From a virus (lineage: Duplodnaviria > Caudoviricetes), in the IMG/VR virus record IMGVR_UViG_3300020477_000002, positions 1 to 62,229 of that record: a stretch of DNA of 62,229 bases; one strand, given 5' to 3'. This document shows, in pieces, positions 8,433 through 17,700 of this stretch. Positions within the stretch are counted from its first letter, which is position 1. Every line of letters starts with the position of its first letter. Made by a program: the position numbers and the translations under genes. A model generated the notes under the pieces. The model was not told the origin of the DNA. It did no database searches and was given only the letters and a program-made list of their open reading frames with translations.

Positions 8433-9416
8433 ATGTCAATAATATTACACGATTTTAACACTGAAAAATGGGAGGATATAAGGAATCGCTACTCTCTTGG
8501 AGCTTTCATTGGAGGTAGCGAAGCCCCACCCATTAATGGTACATCATCTTATGGGGGAGGATACTCCCTCATGAGGAGAAAGCTAGGGCTTGAGGAGTTT
8601 CCAGACCTGTCCGAAAAGATTAACGTACAGCGTGGCAATACACTTGAGCCTATCCTTTTAGATGAAGCAAGCAAGATGTTAGGTGTTGGTATTAGTAAGC
8701 CTAACTATATGCTTCTCAATAAGGAACATCCATTCATGATAGCAAACTTTGATGGTGTTACTGAGGAAGCGGAGCCTTACATAATAGAAGTAAAGACTAC
8801 GCAAAGTAAACCTAAGATTGACCTTGCTAAGAAGGGCATCGTTGCAGATGACTGGCTTACACAAGGCGATCATTACTTACACTTCACCCAGTTTAAGGGA
8901 TGCCCTAATGAAGGACAGTATTTCAAGGGGATTATCTATGTGATAGCTTACCATATACATCACGAGCCTATCCTCATAGAGGTATCTCGTGAGGAAAGAC
9001 TAGAGCATATGGAGAGATTGCTTATCAAAGAGAAAGCATTCATAGATATGTTCAATGATAAGATTATACCTGAGCCTACAGGATTAGAGGATGATACTAA
9101 ATCAATTAAGAAACAGTATCCAACCTATGGCCCTGATGAAAGGGAAGCTACGCAGGAAGAAATTGAGATGCGTAATAGGTATAAGGAATTAAGTAAAACT
9201 GAAACAGATGCCAAGAAGGAGAAGGCTAAGATCAGCAACATCCTAAAGGATAGGATGGGGGTTGGTAATTACAGAAAAATACAAAGCGTATGTTTCATAA
9301 GTCATGGTGAGTCCTTTGATAAGAAGGCTCTGGTTGAGAAACTTAAGAAGCATGAACTGGATCATCTCGTAGATGAATCCAAATCACAATACACTAAATT
9401 TAGTATAATGTCATAG
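8433..9416 (+). CDS. YqaJ-like (lambda Exo family) exonuclease
   Basis: IGGSE, RGNTLEP, HPFMIANFDG, IEVKT, Q-x2-HY. Confidence 0.9.
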   Translation: MSIILHDFNTEKWEDIRNRYSLGAFIGGSEAPPINGTSSYGGGYSLMRRKLGLEEFPDLSEKINVQRGNTLEPILLDEASKMLGVGISKPNYMLLNKEHPFMIANFDGVTEEAEPYIIEVKTTQSKPKIDLAKKGIVADDWLTQGDHYLHFTQFKGCPNEGQYFKGIIYVIAYHIHHEPILIEVSREERLEHMERLLIKEKAFIDMFNDKIIPEPTGLEDDTKSIKKQYPTYGPDEREATQEEIEMRNRYKELSKTETDAKKEKAKISNILKDRMGVGNYRKIQSVCFISHGESFDKKALVEKLKKHELDHLVDESKSQYTKFSIMS

Positions 9417-9423
9417 GAGGAAC

Positions 9424-10242
9424 ATGAGAAAAATTAAAACAACAAAGATTGGTAAGAAGGAATATGTAGAGGTAGACGAAAGGATACGTTTGTTCTGGGA
9501 GTTACATCCTAATTGGACAATCCTTACCGAGATGGTCTATAACTGTGAAGAACAAATGGTTTGTATCTTCAAGGCTAAGATTATAGATGAAAATGATGTG
9601 ATCAAAGCTACTGGTCATGCCCGTGAATTCCAAGCAGATAAAAAATCTATGGTTAATAAGACCTCACATGTAGAGAACTGTGAAACTTCAGCTATTGGTA
9701 GAGCCTTAGGTATTAAGGGTATCATAACTGAGTATGGCATCGCATCTGCAGACGAGGTTAGGAATGCTATAGAACAAGAGAAGGCTATGGATAGGGAAGC
9801 TAAGGAAGCGGAGCAGGATAAGGTTATTAAAATTGTAACCGATGCCGCTAAGAAAAAGGTGGAAGATGAGAAGCCTGAAGTTAATGTAGCTAGTGACTAT
9901 GCTTCCACTACCCTTACACAGGATGCTACCCCTGAGCAACTTGAATCCATCTTAGGCAAGAAGCCTAAGCAAAAAGAAATAGATGAACTTGAGAAGGAAC
10001 TTAGCACCGACAATGCTGAGGAGGAACAGGAATACTTAGTTGATTTAAACAAAAGGGTATCCATGTTGAAGAACTCCAAGGATGCTAAGGCTCTTGCTGA
10101 AGAGGGTCGCAAGTGGAGCAAGAACTGGACATACAAGAAGGATGAATACCAGACATTGTATAAATGTATTGCTGAATCATTTGCAACTTACAAAAGATCT
10201 GAGGATCAAGCAAAGGCTGCCAACTCTAAAGGAGGTTCATGA
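9424..10242 (+). CDS. Single-strand annealing protein (Sak/Rad52-like)
   Basis: YVEVDERI, ATGHA, ENCETSAIGRAL; adjacent to the exonuclease. Confidence 0.7.
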   Translation: MRKIKTTKIGKKEYVEVDERIRLFWELHPNWTILTEMVYNCEEQMVCIFKAKIIDENDVIKATGHAREFQADKKSMVNKTSHVENCETSAIGRALGIKGIITEYGIASADEVRNAIEQEKAMDREAKEAEQDKVIKIVTDAAKKKVEDEKPEVNVASDYASTTLTQDATPEQLESILGKKPKQKEIDELEKELSTDNAEEEQEYLVDLNKRVSMLKNSKDAKALAEEGRKWSKNWTYKKDEYQTLYKCIAESFATYKRSEDQAKAANSKGGS

Positions 10243-11021
10243 TTAAGATCAACAACAATATAGGTGTTGGTGATAAACTTACAGGGGATCTCCTCAGAGA
10301 TCCTCTGGCATGTTCATTGCTAATGTATTTTATCTTCGACCATTCAAATGGAGATGAGCTAGGGTCTGTAATTTCTGTACAGGAGCTGTCAGATTATGTA
10401 TTACAAACCCCTAAGGTTATAAAGAAAAGATTGGAACGACTTGAAGAAGCAGGTCATATCATATCCATAAAACAATTTCATAATGAGGATAGCGGTAAGA
10501 AGTTAGCTAAGTTATACATGCTTAACTTTGATAGTAAGTTATTCCTTAAACCTGCTAAGAAAGCTGATCCAATTAAAATAACAGAGGATCATGATACGTT
10601 GATTAAAAAGTTTACTGAAATTAATCAGCGGGTTCATGGTATGGAATTTAAACCTGAGTCATCAGTTGAAAAACAACGATGGGTTAAGGGTGCTCAAAAA
10701 GTTCTGACACTTAAACCCGGAGGCAAGGAATTTGATATAGGAACATATGAAAAAGTTGTTGAGTTCCTTGCACATCAACTCAAGGACTTTAACAACACAG
10801 GAGATAAGTTTAAAATGCGATGTAAAGACATGGGTAATCTTGTATACAAACATCCTAATGCAACAGACTGTAAATATATTAAGGCATGGGAGATGATGAG
10901 AACAAACTCAGGTCACCGCAGTAATCTAATTAACAACATGGAGGAGAAGAATGTCCCAGCAACAGTCAATGATACAGGAAATGGTCATCAATCTCATGGA
11001 AGCATATGGGAAAAGGCGTGA
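10239..11021 (+). CDS. Putative replication initiator with N-terminal winged HTH
   Basis: SVQELSD...IKKRLERLEEAGHI; upstream of the loader-like gene and DnaB. Confidence 0.6.
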   Translation: MIKINNNIGVGDKLTGDLLRDPLACSLLMYFIFDHSNGDELGSVISVQELSDYVLQTPKVIKKRLERLEEAGHIISIKQFHNEDSGKKLAKLYMLNFDSKLFLKPAKKADPIKITEDHDTLIKKFTEINQRVHGMEFKPESSVEKQRWVKGAQKVLTLKPGGKEFDIGTYEKVVEFLAHQLKDFNNTGDKFKMRCKDMGNLVYKHPNATDCKYIKAWEMMRTNSGHRSNLINNMEEKNVPATVNDTGNGHQSHGSIWEKA

Positions 11022-11493
11022 CGATGGCGATAAATTCCTTATTGGCATATGGCAGAAGGCTCTGGATGGGTGTAGTGAGGACGATCTACGTATAGGATTT
11101 CAGAATCTTATCTCAACTAGGGTCAAGTCAGGTATGCCAGTACCTGCTGAGTTCTTTGAAGCATTGCATAAAGATCTATACGATGATGCATTGATGGCAT
11201 GGAACCAGTTATTCCAAGTATTAAAATCACATCCGGGTAGACCTGTAAGTTTTTCAGATACAATTCTAGCCGAATCAGTCAGGAGACTAGGTGGATTAAA
11301 CTTTCTAGGTAGTCTCAATGCCAGCGAGTTACACTTTCAAAAGAAAAGTTTCACAGATACTTACTGTGTACTAGCAAAGCAGAGTCAGGAGTTTGATATG
11401 CTTTGTCAGGGTACGTATGATGCTAAGCCTATAGAGATGGCTTCATTAGCTAGACGTAAAACTCTCAGGCAGGCTGAGGAGGAGCATGAGTAA
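10951..11493 (+). CDS. Helicase loader/inhibitor-like protein (DUF6475-like)
   Basis: W-x2-AL...MPVPAEF...A-x2-AW...FSD...RRLGG pattern; lies between initiator and DnaB. Confidence 0.55.
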   Translation: MSQQQSMIQEMVINLMEAYGKRRDDGDKFLIGIWQKALDGCSEDDLRIGFQNLISTRVKSGMPVPAEFFEALHKDLYDDALMAWNQLFQVLKSHPGRPVSFSDTILAESVRRLGGLNFLGSLNASELHFQKKSFTDTYCVLAKQSQEFDMLCQGTYDAKPIEMASLARRKTLRQAEEEHE

Positions 11494-12832
11494 CTCAGCA
11501 GAAAAGTCTATCGTTGCTTTATGTATTAAGTATCCGGATATGATACCAGTAGTACGTACTTCTATAATGGGTAAGATGTTTACCAGTCAGAAGTATTCTG
11601 CAATTTATAAAGCATGTTTAAAACTAAAAGATAATAATAAACTTGTCGATTCAGTAACCTTATCCGACCATATTAAATCCAATAAAAAAGCCAGTGTAGT
11701 ATTCGATGGTGAGGATGTATTATATAGCACCCTCTCAGAGATTACTGACACAGAAGTAAAGGCAACATCTTTTCAGGATTATACAGACATAATCGTTAAC
11801 AATTATCGCAAACAATTTGCGGTAGATGAAACACGAAAGTCTGCTGATAAGATGAAGGATGGTGAGGATGTTACAACAGTTGTTGAGACACTCGGTGAGA
11901 ACCTTCGTGAAACTGAACGACTAACATCCAAGCCCTTCAAGTCCTTCCTTGATATAGCACAGGAAGAAACAAACCAAATTGAAATCAGAGCGAATCGTGG
12001 CCCGGTAGGAATAGAAGAATTGTTCGTACCAATGGCCTTCGATTCCCTTGGTAAATTCATTAAAGGGTTTCGCTATGGCAGTCTGTCTCTGTTAGGGGCA
12101 CGACCTGCTATGGGTAAGACTACATTTGCTGTAGCTCTAGCTGCTGATGCTGCCCGTAGAGGAATCAAAACTCTATTCATTTCTATTGAGATGGATCAGA
12201 GTGAGATTGCACAGAAGATGCTCAGTCACACAAGTGGCATCCACTTCAATAAGATTCTGGAGGGGTTCTCGTTGGAACAGTCTGATTGGGATGGCTTAAC
12301 ACAAGCGTTGAGCCAGCACAATGAAGGCTGGGGAGAAAACTTGGCAATAGATGACGAGTCTAGTACACCTTCTGAGGTACTGCGGTCTATCAATTGGGGC
12401 ATTAACGAAGGTTATAGATATATAATTATAGATCACCTTCATGAGTTAGTGTTCGATGATAGGAGATCACACATCTCACTAACAGAGGCAATGGGAGATT
12501 ATGTGAAGCGTCTGCGTAACATGGCTCAGCGAAATGCTCTTGCTGTATTAGCACTATGCCAACTCAACAGGGAGGTTGAGAAGCGTTCATCTAAGATACC
12601 ACTCCCCTCAGACTTGGGGGAGAGTGGTGCTCTTGAACGTGTAGCACATAATGTAATCATGCTATATCGTGACGAAGTTTATAACAGAGCTTCAGAACAT
12701 AAAGGAGAACTTGATGTTGTAGTTGCCAAGGCTAGAGGCGGACAAACAGGTATTGCTACTATGGATTTTGATGGTGGCAAGAACCTAGTACAGGATCAGG
12801 TATATGAACTTAAACCTAAAGGGGAATTATGA
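11486..12832 (+). CDS. dnaB: DnaB-like replicative helicase
   Basis: [38 protein letters not shown]. Confidence 0.95.
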   Translation: MSNSAEKSIVALCIKYPDMIPVVRTSIMGKMFTSQKYSAIYKACLKLKDNNKLVDSVTLSDHIKSNKKASVVFDGEDVLYSTLSEITDTEVKATSFQDYTDIIVNNYRKQFAVDETRKSADKMKDGEDVTTVVETLGENLRETERLTSKPFKSFLDIAQEETNQIEIRANRGPVGIEELFVPMAFDSLGKFIKGFRYGSLSLLGARPAMGKTTFAVALAADAARRGIKTLFISIEMDQSEIAQKMLSHTSGIHFNKILEGFSLEQSDWDGLTQALSQHNEGWGENLAIDDESSTPSEVLRSINWGINEGYRYIIIDHLHELVFDDRRSHISLTEAMGDYVKRLRNMAQRNALAVLALCQLNREVEKRSSKIPLPSDLGESGALERVAHNVIMLYRDEVYNRASEHKGELDVVVAKARGGQTGIATMDFDGGKNLVQDQVYELKPKGEL

Positions 12833-13461
12833 ATAGTGATAGGAAAAATTTGCCTAACAGGAGGCGTGGCTTCACCCAGAAGGCTCGCATAGGGGGACAC
12901 AAGATATACTTACATACAGGTGAGTATGGAGATGGTTCCCTTGGAGAGATCTTCTTGGATATGAATAAGGAAGGAGCTACATTGGGAGGCTTAATGAATT
13001 GTTTTGCAATAGCGGTTTCACTAGGCTTGCAGCATGGTGTGCCGCTAAGAAAATATGTTGATGCATTTACTTTCACAAAGTTTGAGCCGTCAGGTATGGT
13101 TCAGGGTAGTGATTGTATTAAGATGTCTACGTCACCACTGGATTATATATTCAGGGAGTTGGCAGTAAGGTACGATGACAGACAGGATCTGGCTCACGTA
13201 CCACCTGCCCAGATCGTAGACAAAAAGACTGAGAAGTATATACCAGAGATAGATGGATTACCCCTGCCAATAGAGGGAGCATCTGTCCCTGAGAAGATTC
13301 CAGTTGAGGTAACACCAAAGACTACACCTTCCAAAGCAGAGGAGGCAAAGGTCAAAGGGTATGAGGGTGAGGCTTGCACCTCATGCAGTCAGTTCACTTT
13401 AGTTAGGAATGGATCTTGCTTAAAGTGTGTATCATGTGGAGAAACTAGTGGGTGTTCTTAA
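12829..13461 (+). CDS. Stand-alone C-terminal region of class II (B12) ribonucleotide reductase NrdJ (TSCPD-like plus Zn ribbon)
   Basis: [59 protein letters not shown]...[14 protein letters not shown]. Confidence 0.88.
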   Translation: MNSDRKNLPNRRRGFTQKARIGGHKIYLHTGEYGDGSLGEIFLDMNKEGATLGGLMNCFAIAVSLGLQHGVPLRKYVDAFTFTKFEPSGMVQGSDCIKMSTSPLDYIFRELAVRYDDRQDLAHVPPAQIVDKKTEKYIPEIDGLPLPIEGASVPEKIPVEVTPKTTPSKAEEAKVKGYEGEACTSCSQFTLVRNGSCLKCVSCGETSGCS

Positions 13462-13534
13462 GCTAATACTATTATTGCTTATTGTATATTCATACATTTC
13501 ATTCTATCCAGAATGGAATAGTTTTATTCTACAA

Positions 13535-13612
13535 TTTTATAAATAATTTATTTTATTTATTTATTTATTTATTTATTATAAAATAATATTTATATTATTA
13601 TAAAAATAATCC
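13535..13612. repeat. Near-pure AT tract with (TTTA)n
   Basis: About 75 bp essentially without G or C, including several tandem TTTA units. Confidence 0.85.
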
Positions 13613-13632
13613 TACCTATATGAGGTTGTTCT

Positions 13633-13848
13633 ATGGATGGAACATATAAACTCAGCAGTTTTCCTAAAAATCTTAGGAAATTAATGTTTGAAAAAGGCAT
13701 GAGTTCTGCACATCTAGCAGAGGAGTTAGATGTGGTACGGATGAGTGTATATAATTGGAGGGCAGGCCGTGCCGACCCTTCTTTACGGAGACTCTTCGAG
13801 ATCTCCTCGGTGCTTGACACCAACATAACTAATCTATTAAAGGAGTAA
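13633..13848 (+). CDS. Cro/CI-type (XRE) HTH regulator
   Basis: GMSSAHLAEELDVVRMSVYNWRAGRADPS. Confidence 0.88.
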   Translation: MDGTYKLSSFPKNLRKLMFEKGMSSAHLAEELDVVRMSVYNWRAGRADPSLRRLFEISSVLDTNITNLLKE

Positions 13849-13852
13849 TAAA

Positions 13853-14200
13853 ATGCCCAGTTATAATAAAGTAATTATCGTAGGAAACATGGGAGCCGAT
13901 CCCAGTATTAAGGAAAGTTCAACTTATGTAAGCGTAGCAACTAACGAGTCATGGAAGGATAAGGAAACTGACGAGTGGCAGGAGAGAGTATCTTGGCACA
14001 AGGTTATGGCTTATGGCTACACTGCAGAGAAACTTAACAAGCTGTCGAAAGGCACAAACATAATGGTTGAGGGTAGCCTTGACTATTTCACACCAAAGGA
14101 AGAAGGTGAAAATCCTGCGGCCTTTATTAAGGCACAGAAGATTACCAACATGTCCCAAAAGTCTAAAGATGATGGCGGGAAGGACGATATTCCATATTAA
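13853..14200 (+). CDS. ssb: Single-stranded DNA-binding protein
   Basis: NKVIIVGNMGADP, SVATNESWKD, WHKV, VEGSL, acidic DDIPY tail. Confidence 0.95.
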   Translation: MPSYNKVIIVGNMGADPSIKESSTYVSVATNESWKDKETDEWQERVSWHKVMAYGYTAEKLNKLSKGTNIMVEGSLDYFTPKEEGENPAAFIKAQKITNMSQKSKDDGGKDDIPY

Positions 14201-14203
14201 TTA

Positions 14204-14473
14204 ATGCAAGATAAGAAGTCTAACATAACGATACGGCTCCCTGAGAGTGCACTAGAAATATTCAGAGATCGAGCTGCCAAGTCAGGGGAGGCCGTATCTA
14301 AAGTCGTAGCAGATGCCTGTGTTTCAGTGATTGAAACACCAAAGCTCATGGAAGAGCAACAGGCTATGCCGATGGAACTGGCAGAGGGTGAGGCTCCTCC
14401 ACCGGAGAAGACCTATCTGTCAGATCCCTTTGCATATAAACCATTTGTATTTGTTGACTCAGATACTGAGTGA
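14204..14473 (+). CDS. Ribbon-helix-helix DNA-binding protein
   Basis: NITIRLPE...AAKSGEAVSKVV. Confidence 0.6.
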   Translation: MQDKKSNITIRLPESALEIFRDRAAKSGEAVSKVVADACVSVIETPKLMEEQQAMPMELAEGEAPPPEKTYLSDPFAYKPFVFVDSDTE

Positions 14474-14479
14474 GATTGA

Positions 14480-14679
14480 CGGCAGGCAAGCGAAGCAGAA
14501 TTCCCTGTGTCTTTGTTAAGGTTTCAATTACCTTCCTTAAACAGAGGCAACTCCACTAGACTGTTCCACAGGATCATATCCTACAGGGCTAGGACAGGGA
14601 GGATGACATAATACATTCAGAGTTCGTCTGTGAAGCATAGAAGGTGTGTGGATAAACCTAATGTTGCGGTTGCTTGCCG
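14480..14679 (+). ncRNA. Unclassified 200-nt multi-stem structured RNA
   Basis: Closing stem cggcaggcaa/ttgcttgccg and nested helices with G-U pairs all favouring the + strand. Confidence 0.6.
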
Positions 14680-14774
14680 ACAAACCCTACCCCTAATTGT
14701 ACCATTTAAAAACCCTACCCAAAGTACCAATCACCCCAGAACATTGCGATACAGAGAGATCTGAGCATCCAAAT

Positions 14775-17700
14775 CTAGCGAAGAGCAGGTGATTCTGCTA
14801 TTCTGTCTGTGATTTGGTTCCTTAACAGGTATAATTGATCCATCCTCTCTCTTTTTTGTTCAGCCCCCATATATTTATCAAAGCGAATGATCCTTATACG
14901 TTTATTTATTTCATTAAGCATGCGTTGCTTCTTCTTAATGAAGTCCTTCCACTTTAATAAATCCTTTTTCTCCTCATATATTTCCTTATACCTATCCCAA
15001 TCTTCCAATTTCTTTGACAGGTTCAAATCATTATGTGCTTGTTCTACATCTTTAAGCCTTTCATAAAATGCAGTACCTGCTTTAGTGTTACGGATAGGCG
15101 ATGCCTGAAACATTTTTCTTAATACAGGATGATCCATAAACTTCTGAGCTGGTCGTTCAGGAAAATCCCTAGCCTTGGATACAATCATATTAGATAGCCC
15201 TATACCTAGCTCTCCTACCCAGCCAAAGTATCCATTAACTAAATGCTCTAACTGCATAGGCGAAATTTCTACACCTGCCCAATCGAATGCTTCCGACATA
15301 GTAATCATTGTCTCGGAAGTATACAGGTCACGCTTCTCCTTAGCAGACATATTCTTAAAGCGGTACGGCTCTATCGGTCTATCAAAGAAGAAGTTCTTAT
15401 TCATTCCGACTTCTATTAAAGGTTTAACTACCTGTGGTATGGGTGTCATATCGAACTCCCTAAGAAGAACTGATTTAACAGCACTTACAAATAGCTCCCC
15501 ATTAACAGGGTCTTTCTTCCTCGCCATGTCAAGTCCACGCCATGCTAGGTTAGCCACGATAGCAAACTCATGAGGCTTAGGCATTCTAAAAGCGGTATCA
15601 GTGCCGGGTATATTAATCCACCAGTACATATCCTTATCCCAATCCTGCCTTCTTTGCCACTCTTCGTTATCCTCATACATAAAATACTCAGCTATTGAAG
15701 CTGCAGTTATAGCACTAGACACAACCACAACAGGGATAGGATTATTTATTAATGCACGACCTGTCTTGTACTTACCTTGAAGCATAGCATTTGCAAACGG
15801 GGTTAGTGACGTTACTAAATTAACCCACTTAGCACCACCATGCAGGGTGAAGTCCATTAAATCTCTAGCTTCAAACGCAGCCTTTAGCTGCGAATCACCT
15901 TTATCTAAATGATGTCGGAAGATTGCGGCTCTGTTAGCATTCTCAAGCTTGTCACCAAATCTCTGGTATCTATCCCAGACACCTCTTGCCATAGCGGTAT
16001 ACTTCCTCACCGCATTCATATATCCATCATGTGCTTCAGGATTTGCACCTATAAAACCTGACCTCATTTCTTTAGTGAGAAGCTTCTTCGAGAAGTTAGG
16101 ATCATCAGATCTTATATTACCAAACTGTATATAAGCACCTGATACCAGCATGTCTGCCTCACTCCTACCTAATTCTTTATAACCACCAACAGCATTCTTA
16201 AATACATTATATCCAACTTCACTTTGTGCTGCGGCATTCATTGTATCTCGAAGTACGTTCCTTACTTTGAATACTGGACTGGCTGTAGTAATTCTAGTGA
16301 ATAAGTTCTTTGCATATAAAGCCCAACCCATACCTGCAAAATCATTACTTACATTCATTGACCCAAGTGAATCGAACAGCATGGGATCTGATATTTCATA
16401 ATGAAAATCCTTCCCATCTTTAATAACTCTCAAGGAAGATTCTGAAGGATGCCTAACCCTTCTAGCTAAGAACTCTCCTGATATTGGATCTTTTATTTTC
16501 GATGCTTGTTCTAATGTTAGCACTGCAGAATCGTTCTTAAGCGATGCCGATATGATGTGCATGGCATTTCTTACAAGGTTATCTAGTGGATTATCCAGTG
16601 CTCTATGGGAACCCTTTAGCTGTTTAATACCTGTCTGCCCTGCTAGTGACTTATAATTACGTGTGCCTTTGGGCACATCTTTACCAATCCCCTCTTCAAA
16701 ATGTCTGAAGAATGGTAGATACCAATCTGTATTCCAGTTGGATGCTGACTCAGCATTAAACAGGCCCATATCAATACCAAAATCAACAATCCCTTTGTTC
16801 CACTCAGCTAATTCCTTAGCCATTTTTGCATAGAGATGTTTCCTAGATACTGTTACACCTGTTGTTGCATCCCTAAGCTCACCTTTATCAAATCCATTTA
16901 CCGGATCAATAGCGGCATCAATATGTTTTCTTTGTATGCCTAAGGTTTCTTCACCCATTTGCTTCTCAAGAAGGTCTGCTCTTTTGTATGCAACCCAAGC
17001 AACAAACCTGTCAATCTCAGATTTATAGTCATCCTTGTTGCCCATCTTACCACCCAATGGACGGAGAATTTCAAACAACCCCCTACCTTTTGGATCGAAC
17101 TTGACTTCATTTATAGTTACACCATCTACCTTTTCCCTCTTTACAGTAATACCTCCATGCCTTAGCTTAACAGCCATCACCCCATCTTCTCTGTTCGAGA
17201 GCCTAGCCTTCATGTACTCTACATCACCAACCTTTGATTTAACAACTCTATAGGGATCTGTAACCTTATGTATTATCTGAGCACCTAATCTACCCCACCA
17301 CCCTGACATAGTTTTTTCGTTAGGATTATAGGAGGGATACATTGCATCCATAGCTTCCAGTTGGTCAACACCTACGTCACCCATATTCCTAAACTTTTCG
17401 TGAGGCTCAAGGATTTTCAAGTGCCTTTCACCAAGTTTAGTTTGTCTCATTTCCCTCACGCTTTCTATATGAGAGATGTCTTCAAGTGGCATATCAGATA
17501 CGCCAAAAAAATCTAGCTCTGATCCTAGTTTTTCTTCACCGGGTTTTGCTGGCCTATTTAAAGCTGCTTGTTCATCTCCTTCTGCATAAATAACTTGCTT
17601 AGGATAATTTCTCCATGCTCTATCTTTTCTTTTCCAAGCTTTTGCCATATCAAGAAGTCCAAGCTTAACCTCTGCAGGAGTAAGTGCAGTTTGTTTCCAG

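Noticed and set aside
13633-13848. CI repressor of a lysogeny switch
   Set aside because: HTH only, with no peptidase domain, no divergent partner and no integrase
14480-14679. tRNA, tmRNA, 6S RNA or hammerhead/HDV ribozyme
   Set aside because: No T-loop or CCA end, tag ORF, rod-with-bubble shape or catalytic core consensus recognised; kept as unclassified
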